This document shows positions 57,914-64,000 of a stretch of 64,000 nt of DNA, piece by piece; the first letter of the stretch is position 1, and each line of letters opens with the position of its first letter. Source of the stretch: a virus. Its lineage: Duplodnaviria; Caudoviricetes. The notes below the pieces were generated by a model. That model saw only the letters and a program-made list of their open reading frames with translations. It searched no databases and was not told the DNA's origin. The position numbers and the translations under genes are program-made. The stretch lies in IMG/VR virus record IMGVR_UViG_3300044846_003573; one strand, written 5' to 3'.

Positions 57914-58570
57914 ATGAAAAAGATTGTAAGATTAACTGAATCAGATTTGGTTAAAATAGTTAAAAGAGTTATAGAAGAAGAACAGTCGTTCTCAGATAAA
58001 TTGAAGCAGAAGATGTTATTCTTTAAACCTTTAAAGTTAACGGATGATAGAAAACTGAAGTTGTTTGAGTTTGTTGTTGATTCTATTGATTCTGGTGATT
58101 TTAGTACAGATGCTCGTAGAACACATCAAAAGGATGTAAACCTTGTAATTTATTCTAAGGGTGAGATAGTCATTGATGGTATCAAGACAACTGCAAGTGT
58201 TGTTGTGTTTAATGTTAGAAAAAATATGGATGTTGGTCGTATTCCATCTTCTGATGTTATTGTTCAGATTCCAAAACATACAAAGGGTTATGGTGATATG
58301 GGTTTTATGGATGAAAATAACCCTCTGTTTCAGAAGTTTGTCGGGTTATGTAAAAATATATTTGAAACCGACAAAAAATTACATATGGAGTTGGAAAAAG
58401 CTCAAATTAATTTATCTCGTGTTTCACCACATAAGAAGAAAGAAGACGAACCAATTCCCCGTTATGGAGTTTATTATGATTTTGATGATGATGATTACAC
58501 CAACAATAATGGTTTTGGGGGATTTGGTGGAGGTAGTTTCGGAGGTGGTGGAGCTGGTAGTGATTTCTAA
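57914..58570 (+). CDS. LTESDL-tag protein with Gly-rich tail
   Basis: ends GFGGFGGGSFGGGGAGSDF. Confidence 0.75.
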   Translation: MKKIVRLTESDLVKIVKRVIEEEQSFSDKLKQKMLFFKPLKLTDDRKLKLFEFVVDSIDSGDFSTDARRTHQKDVNLVIYSKGEIVIDGIKTTASVVVFNVRKNMDVGRIPSSDVIVQIPKHTKGYGDMGFMDENNPLFQKFVGLCKNIFETDKKLHMELEKAQINLSRVSPHKKKEDEPIPRYGVYYDFDDDDYTNNNGFGGFGGGSFGGGGAGSDF

Positions 58571-58585
58571 AGTATTTATTGTAAT

Positions 58586-59293
58586 ATGAAAAAGATTGTA
58601 AAATTAACAGAATCTGATTTGACAAGAATTGTTAAACGTATTATTCGTGAAAACGAGGAACAACAAATAACTGACGAGGTAACCAATATAATTCTTAATA
58701 ACATATCAAAAGAAGATTTGTTAACTCTTGGGAAACTATACAACTCTATTGGGGAAGATGAATTTAAAGACGTTGCTGAAGATGTTGTTGATAGTGTTAT
58801 TGAAGGTGATACGGTTAGTGAATCAATAGGGTTTTCTAGAAGGGGTATCACTGTTGATACCGAAGCTGAAAAAAATAAACTTGAGCTTACAAAAATAATC
58901 ACACGATTTGCAACTACAGTATTGTCTCTTATGACAGGAGCAGTTACTATTAATACCTTGAATCCACAACACCAAGACATTGATAGCGCAATGGTTGCTG
59001 GTATAATTACCGCAGCATTAGTAGGAACAAACTTATTAACAAGAATACCACATAAGATTGGTACTAAACCACTACCTAAAAAATTAAAAGATTCAAGAAT
59101 GGCTAAATTGGTTGATTCTGAATTGAAAAATTTTGATGACCCAAGAAACACATTAATTCAAGACGCAATTGAACATTTAATGGATAAACGAATTCCTGAA
59201 ACAGTTGCAAGACAATTTATTGAGGATTGGGAAGAAACAAATAATATTAAATTTGTAAGACCTCCTGAAAAAAGGGTGAAAAGGGCTAAATAA
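58586..59293 (+). CDS. LTESDL-tag protein with internal hydrophobic hairpin
   Basis: tag; two hydrophobic segments. Confidence 0.75.
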   Translation: MKKIVKLTESDLTRIVKRIIRENEEQQITDEVTNIILNNISKEDLLTLGKLYNSIGEDEFKDVAEDVVDSVIEGDTVSESIGFSRRGITVDTEAEKNKLELTKIITRFATTVLSLMTGAVTINTLNPQHQDIDSAMVAGIITAALVGTNLLTRIPHKIGTKPLPKKLKDSRMAKLVDSELKNFDDPRNTLIQDAIEHLMDKRIPETVARQFIEDWEETNNIKFVRPPEKRVKRAK

Positions 59294-59306
59294 TATTAGG
59301 TAGAAT

Positions 59307-59618
59307 ATGAAATACATTATCACCGAGTCTCAGAATTTACAAATGAGGAAAGTTAATTTCTTTAAAGAATATCTTGAGAACCTATTATCTAAATACGAAT
59401 GGTTTAATGGTGATGTCTCGATAGAAACAAAAAATTGGAAAGTTAAAGATAAGACATATCCTGTATATCAAATTATACTAAATACAGGTGGTCGTAGTTA
59501 TCACGCTTATGACGAGGGTACAGAGATTGATGATAATATTGACACTATGTTTAAATTATTATTCCCTAAAGATAAGAACGGAGATTCCACTGCGGTGTGG
59601 GATGTTATTTTTATATAA
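59307..59618 (+). CDS. MKYxITESQ-tag protein
   Basis: shared tag. Confidence 0.75.
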   Translation: MKYIITESQNLQMRKVNFFKEYLENLLSKYEWFNGDVSIETKNWKVKDKTYPVYQIILNTGGRSYHAYDEGTEIDDNIDTMFKLLFPKDKNGDSTAVWDVIFI

Positions 59619-59633
59619 AATATTTATTGTAAT

Positions 59634-59945
59634 ATGAAATATATTATTACCGAGAGTAAGTTAAATGAGGTTATTAAGAGGTACATGGAGGCTACCTATG
59701 GTGATGTTGAAATGAACATTGACAAAGATGATGGGTATATTCATTTCTTTAGTAGGAAAGACGTTGATAGTGATGGTCACCCTGTAAGAATTGCCCACAG
59801 AAATAATCACGGGACATTATGGATTGATTATTCTTTTTTTGAAAAGATGCGTGTTTTATTTGGAAATTCAGTTGGTGAAGGTATTGAGAAATATTATAAA
59901 GATAAGTTTGGAATAGAGATTAAGAGAATTAACATGCAGTTTTAG
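59634..59945 (+). CDS. MKYxITES-tag protein
   Basis: shared tag. Confidence 0.75.
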   Translation: MKYIITESKLNEVIKRYMEATYGDVEMNIDKDDGYIHFFSRKDVDSDGHPVRIAHRNNHGTLWIDYSFFEKMRVLFGNSVGEGIEKYYKDKFGIEIKRINMQF

Positions 59946-60008
59946 TATTTTACTAGAATATTTGACTAGTAAAATCATTATTAGTATTATTATAAAAAAT
60001 ATAATACT

Positions 60009-60392
60009 ATGGAAAAATTACAACAACTTATTGAAACATGTCCTGATGAGCTTTTTGATATAGTTAATAAACTATATGACGAAAAGTTTCCAAAAAAGAA
60101 AAAGAATTCTAAAACCATTTTTAAATTTAAAGTATTAGGTAAAAATTACGATAGTACTATTACAACCAAGAATTACGTATCATTTATTTCTGATATTTCT
60201 AAGATTCATCCTTTTGAAATGTTTAAAGAATGTATACATGAATATTATCTTTCTAACAATGACTTGGTATTAAAACAATCACAAAAAATTAATGATAACT
60301 TTTATATTAGTGGGTATAGTTCTACTGAAGTTAAAGTAAGACATGTTATGAATATATGTGAATTACTTGGAATTAATTTGGAAATACTATAA
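60009..60392 (+). CDS. hypothetical protein
   Basis: ORF. Confidence 0.6.
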   Translation: MEKLQQLIETCPDELFDIVNKLYDEKFPKKKKNSKTIFKFKVLGKNYDSTITTKNYVSFISDISKIHPFEMFKECIHEYYLSNNDLVLKQSQKINDNFYISGYSSTEVKVRHVMNICELLGINLEIL

Positions 60393-60436
60393 TTTTTATT
60401 TATCTTTGTCGTTCAACATTAAACCCCTACTCTACT

Positions 60437-60985
60437 ATGTTAAATTTTCTTAAATTAGCAAAACAAAAATACATTGACAATAAAGACGTTGATTTTGGAT
60501 TAGACTTAATTGATTTTTTATGTTATTGTTATATTAATTTGAATCCTTGTTCATACGGTGGTAAAATTCAGGCTAAATTAATTAAAGAATTAGGTATATT
60601 ATCTATTTCTGCATCTTTGGATAGAGGTGATGCTTTTTTTGGTAAATTTTTTGCTGAAATGAAATGTACGTTTCTTGATAAGAAAAATTCTTATCATTTA
60701 ACTCACTTAAGACAATGGCAAAATTTTGATTTTTATATTTTATGTTTCATTGATTGTGAAAATGATTTTATTCCTGAGTTTTTTGTATTAAATAAAAAAG
60801 TTTTAGATAAAATTAAGACAACCGCTATGAACGGAACCAAGGAATCTAACCTTAATAACGATAAGGTTTCTTTACGAGCAACAGTTAAGAAGAATGGAGA
60901 GGTACATAAAATGTTTAAAAAGAAAAACAAATTATCAGGTACATCATTCTCTGATTTAAAAAAGTTTATTGATACTTTAAAATAA
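60437..60985 (+). CDS. possible PD-(D/E)xK nuclease
   Basis: RGDAF..AEMK..QW..FDFY spacing. Confidence 0.4.
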   Translation: MLNFLKLAKQKYIDNKDVDFGLDLIDFLCYCYINLNPCSYGGKIQAKLIKELGILSISASLDRGDAFFGKFFAEMKCTFLDKKNSYHLTHLRQWQNFDFYILCFIDCENDFIPEFFVLNKKVLDKIKTTAMNGTKESNLNNDKVSLRATVKKNGEVHKMFKKKNKLSGTSFSDLKKFIDTLK

Positions 60986-60993
60986 TTTTTTAT

Positions 60994-61494
60994 ATGGATT
61001 TATCTAATTACACAATCGAACAACTTGTTGAATTGAAAGACAAGATTAGTAATCAAATTTATTCTTTTGAAGACGGATATTTTTATATCTGTAAAGTTCA
61101 TTCCTATGGAAGAAGTTGGGAAGATAAAGGTATAACAAACCCATATACTCTTCAGGAGTTATGTAATCAGTATGATGGTGATGAGGGTATTCTTAATGTT
61201 TATACAAACAACCCTGATTTGAATATTTATAACTATGGTGACGTTAAATTTGTTCCCACACGTGAGGACTACGAGAAGTGGTACAAATATTCATATGTAA
61301 AACGACAAATTCCTAATATTGAAAAAGAATTGGAAGAATGGGAAAACCGAGATAATGTCCCATTTAATCGTCGTCCATTATTTGCTCCCATCTATTCAGT
61401 TGAAACTTTAGATGAGTATAGACAAGAAATGTCCGAACTTGAGGGGACATTTGTGGAACCTGTTAATCTTGGTAGATATCTTGACGAAGAATAA
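60994..61494 (+). CDS. hypothetical protein
   Basis: ORF. Confidence 0.6.
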   Translation: MDLSNYTIEQLVELKDKISNQIYSFEDGYFYICKVHSYGRSWEDKGITNPYTLQELCNQYDGDEGILNVYTNNPDLNIYNYGDVKFVPTREDYEKWYKYSYVKRQIPNIEKELEEWENRDNVPFNRRPLFAPIYSVETLDEYRQEMSELEGTFVEPVNLGRYLDEE

Positions 61495-61515
61495 TTTTTG
61501 TTAATATTTATTATT

Positions 61516-62133
61516 ATGAGTAAACAAATGAGAGAAATGATAAACAAATTTGGTAATGTACTGAATGAGTCATCTTTAAACCGTGTACATTCATTTATTC
61601 AAAAACATGATTGTTCAATTATTACTGCGTTTAGAAGTTCTCTTATAAATTGTATTGATAATGAGGACGGAAAAAAACTTAATATTAGAGATAATAAATC
61701 TCGTAATAAACATTTGAAATCAACTCTTATTTCTTTGGGGTATGGTGTAACAAATGTTAAGGGAACTTACATTGAGAACTTTTTGTCTGACAATCAAATT
61801 GAAGTTAGTGAGGATAGTTATTTTGTTGTTAATCTTCCTAACGACCCATCTTTTACTGATAAGATAAAAAAACTTGGTGAGATGTTCTGTCAAGATAGTG
61901 TTTTAATTTTAGAGAAAGGTGGTGATGTAAATTATTTGTTCGGTACAAACAATTCTGATTTTCCTGGATATGGTGAGACAATACCTGTTGGAAATTTTAA
62001 ACCTGGAATTGAATCTGAGTTTATGACAAAGGTTGGTGGTCGTCCATTTGCTCTTGAGTCGTTTGATTTACTTCAAATTAATTCAAAACGAATTGTTAAG
62101 GAATTTGCAAAACCCGTCATTGATTTATTATAA
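61516..62133 (+). CDS. DUF3293-like conserved phage protein with tagged N-terminus
   Basis: LNESSL, IITAFR, N..L...L, E.SY.V, F.QDSVL. Confidence 0.5.
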   Translation: MSKQMREMINKFGNVLNESSLNRVHSFIQKHDCSIITAFRSSLINCIDNEDGKKLNIRDNKSRNKHLKSTLISLGYGVTNVKGTYIENFLSDNQIEVSEDSYFVVNLPNDPSFTDKIKKLGEMFCQDSVLILEKGGDVNYLFGTNNSDFPGYGETIPVGNFKPGIESEFMTKVGGRPFALESFDLLQINSKRIVKEFAKPVIDLL

Positions 62134-62142
62134 TCAAATATT

Positions 62143-62170
62143 AACTCCATTCATCTGAGTGGGGTTTTTT
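62143..62170 (+). terminator. intrinsic terminator
   Basis: AACTCCATTCA-tc-TGAGTGGGGTT then T-run. Confidence 0.7.
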
Positions 62171-62193
62171 GTTTTGTAATGTATTTATCTTAT

Positions 62194-62703
62194 ATGTCTG
62201 ATAATTTTTCACAAAAAGTAATTGGTTTAATCGATAAGGGGGGGTCTGTTTTGGATATTGCCAAGTTTTTCGGTGGTTTGGGACAATTTATCCAAAAAGT
62301 TTCCCAATATCCATATCTAAAAGCATTAGTTGATTCAAAGTTAGGAGGTAATATTGAGTTCTATCTTGACGATTTGTCCAAAAGGTACCGACTTCCTGTT
62401 CAAATAAAAGCTGTTGAAGAGGCAGATGACTACTTTGGAGAAATGTATGACGTTTATGTTGATGTAATAATACCTGAAGTTACTGATGAAGTTGATATTG
62501 CAATCTTATATAATTATTTGAAAATGTATGAGGATGATACTGCGGATGAATGGGCATTACTTAGTGATAAAAAACTTAATTCAGGTATGACAATGGTACA
62601 TATTCTATCAATCAATGGTATTGATTGGAGAGATATGAAACGAGTGATTAATACAACAGAAGAAGACGTTGAAGAAATAATTCCTGACGAATACGAAATA
62701 TAA
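62194..62703 (+). CDS. hypothetical protein
   Basis: TATTTAT upstream. Confidence 0.6.
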   Translation: MSDNFSQKVIGLIDKGGSVLDIAKFFGGLGQFIQKVSQYPYLKALVDSKLGGNIEFYLDDLSKRYRLPVQIKAVEEADDYFGEMYDVYVDVIIPEVTDEVDIAILYNYLKMYEDDTADEWALLSDKKLNSGMTMVHILSINGIDWRDMKRVINTTEEDVEEIIPDEYEI

Positions 62704-62706
62704 TAT

Positions 62707-63411
62707 ATGAGTAATTTACCTTCCAAATACAAGGCGTTTTCTAAAGTAATGTCCGTTTATTTTAAGTCAAAAGAGATTCACGGATTAATAATTTATCATG
62801 ATGATGAATATACTAAAGTTCCTTTGTATAATGAAATGGTTACAGTTCCAATCTTAAAGATAAAAAATCCAAATAACATTCCGTTTTCATACAATGCACT
62901 CAGCTCTTTACTTGATGATGAATTAGATACTGTTGGAAATTTTGCCAATGTATCAATTAAATCATATCAACGTCCATCACTTATAGTATTAAATGATTTC
63001 AATAAAGGAGAGTTTTATATTCCTAAAGAAAATGAAAAAAAATTAAGGAAATGTTTAAATACAGATACCGTTGAGATAAAATACAGAGATAATAACAGCA
63101 TAATATATACAATATATGGAAAATATATTGTTGATGATAACTTTGAAATGTATTGGGAAAGTAGTGAATCTTTTAGAATAGACATCACTTTTGAAATTGA
63201 AAAAATATTTGTTGATGACCTTGTTAGAAAGGTTCATCATTTTATGAAAAACTATGATGAAATGGTTCACTTGGTTTATGACATAAAGTATGATAATGAT
63301 GAATTGTTTGAAAACCCTGTATGGGATTGTATTATAGAAAATTTGAGTCAATATAAAACAATGATAAACAGAGACTGGCAATATGTTGATGTGAACATTA
63401 TTGTATCTTGA
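62707..63411 (+). CDS. hypothetical protein
   Basis: ORF. Confidence 0.65.
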   Translation: MSNLPSKYKAFSKVMSVYFKSKEIHGLIIYHDDEYTKVPLYNEMVTVPILKIKNPNNIPFSYNALSSLLDDELDTVGNFANVSIKSYQRPSLIVLNDFNKGEFYIPKENEKKLRKCLNTDTVEIKYRDNNSIIYTIYGKYIVDDNFEMYWESSESFRIDITFEIEKIFVDDLVRKVHHFMKNYDEMVHLVYDIKYDNDELFENPVWDCIIENLSQYKTMINRDWQYVDVNIIVS

Positions 63412-63424
63412 TATATTTATTAGT

Positions 63425-64000
63425 ATGAAAAAAGTAATAAGACTAACTGAATCAGACTTAATTAACATTGTTAAAAGAGTTATTAATGAAAGTGATGAAA
63501 AATCAACTTTTGAACTTAAAATTGAGACAACTCATGATGACCAACTTGGCCCTGTAATTGAAAATTTCTTTGCAACTAAAACTGAATCTGAAATTAAACA
63601 ATATTTCATGGAACTTAGTAACAGAAACCCAAAACCAAAATGGATACAAAAATTAATAAAATTTTTTAAAAATGATAAAAACAAAAATAAAAAAATAAAC
63701 ACAAAAAGTATTGGGAAAGCACTTATGGGTTATTCTATACTATTCATGTTACAACAAATTTTTAAAATACCTTTACCTTTACCATCAAACCCTGTTAACG
63801 AACAAAAAAGACCTCATAGCAGTGACCCAAATTTCACACAAAGTAATACTAAAAATGTTGGTGAAGAACTAAAAAACCGTAACTTCAAAATAGACTCAGC
63901 AGACAAAAATGGTAAAACATACGTTGGAGAGAGTAAAACTATAAATACAATATTCCACCTTAATATTAATGGAACGTATCGTGCGGTTGCAAGGAATGGG
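63425..64000 (+). CDS. LTESDL-tag protein, truncated by the window end
   Basis: ATGAAAAAAGTAATAAGACTAACTGAATCAGAC; frame appears open to the window end. Confidence 0.7.
   Translation, partial: MKKVIRLTESDLINIVKRVINESDEKSTFELKIETTHDDQLGPVIENFFATKTESEIKQYFMELSNRNPKPKWIQKLIKFFKNDKNKNKKINTKSIGKALMGYSILFMLQQIFKIPLPLPSNPVNEQKRPHSSDPNFTQSNTKNVGEELKNRNFKIDSADKNGKTYVGESKTINTIFHLNINGTYRAVARNG

Noticed and set aside
1-64000. Alternative genetic code (stop reassignment seen in some Bacteroidota phages)
   Set aside because: Standard-code ORFs tile the window densely and known proteins are full length.
1-64000. Bacterial chromosome
   Set aside because: Housekeeping-like genes are isolated among phage-type small ORFs, homing endonucleases, RNA ligase and tag families; a phage origin is inferred although no capsid or terminase gene is visible.

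Overview
Gene-dense, AT-rich segment of what is most likely a large (jumbo) dsDNA phage infecting Bacteroidota. The host inference rests on TAnnTTTG promoter elements abutting many genes and two T9SS C-terminal-domain proteins. No core replication or morphogenesis genes lie in the window; it is an accessory region in the standard genetic code. Recognisable content: two tRNAs, dnaK, a complete two-component signalling operon, mgsA, an RNA-repair cluster, thyA, rfbA, type II glutamine synthetase, three free-standing homing endonucleases, a GH19 muramidase and a GT2/LpxH-like pair. About 35 small genes share one of three N-terminal peptide tags behind a TATTTAT motif. The most unusual signal is four paralogous genes (43043-45195, 51276-52070) whose 3' halves are CRISPR-like arrays. 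A 36-nt repeat alternates with 28 unique spacers of exactly 30 nt, all read in frame. The repeat boundaries are set at DNA rather than codon level, and the repeats degenerate in one direction. All annotations come from motif recognition by eye; no database searches were run.
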